DNA of 64,000 nt from Vermamoeba vermiformis. Lineage: Eukaryota. Below, one piece after another: positions 63,922-64,000 of the stretch. The notes under the pieces are model-generated. The model searched no databases, had not been told where the DNA came from, and was given only the letters and a program-made list of their open reading frames with translations. The DNA lies in contig JBEWZL010000003.1 in the NCBI GenBank assembly GCA_045837725.1, positions 372,001 to 436,000 on the forward strand, in the 5' to 3' direction. Both the position numbers and the translations under genes were made by a program. Numbering within the stretch: position 1 is the first letter of the stretch; the number at the start of each line of letters is the position of its first letter.

Positions 63922-64000
63922 ATGAGTCAATTCGCTGCCGTGCCTAAAGCCCCTGAAGATCCTATTTTGGGTCTTAACGTTTTGTACAAAGCTGATCCGA
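63922..64000 (+). CDS. Aspartate aminotransferase, N-terminus only (runs off the window)
   Basis: MSQFAAVPKAPEDPILGLNVLYKADP matches the AAT motif AP.DPILG...F..D. Confidence 0.85.
   Translation, partial: MSQFAAVPKAPEDPILGLNVLYKADP

Overview
Gene-dense, intron-rich eukaryotic DNA with short (~50 nt) GT-AG introns and CTAAC/CTAAT-type branch points. It is probably a protist, plausibly an amoebozoan (inference only). I support about 25 spliced protein genes by manual exon joining, including a Clu-domain protein, Nudix hydrolase, SEY1/RHD3, adenylate kinase, two PH-ZZ-SPRY-F-box paralogs around an M43 protease, a SABATH methyltransferase, RCC1-RhoGAP, a Thr/Ser dehydratase, FBXL, CLP1, a Gfo/Idh/MocA oxidoreductase, an ankyrin protein, F-box-Pirh2, VPS9, WDR61/SKI8, SNF2, eIF2A and AAT. 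Three things stand out. (1) A complete 7.8-kb piggyBac-type transposon (1293-9077) with CCCTTAGACG TIRs and an ATAT TSD; its multi-exon gene joins an AlkB-like dioxygenase, a USP deubiquitinase, a chromo-like domain and a DDD transposase, and it sits in a host 5' UTR. (2) A tRNA-Phe(GAA)-like gene whose cloverleaf forms only after removing a spliceosomal-type GT-AG intron from the anticodon stem (39057-39181). (3) An ankyrin gene whose inter-repeat hairpins are built from runs of single-codon (3-nt) microexons. All family calls come from motif recognition, not database searches, and exon boundaries are manual.
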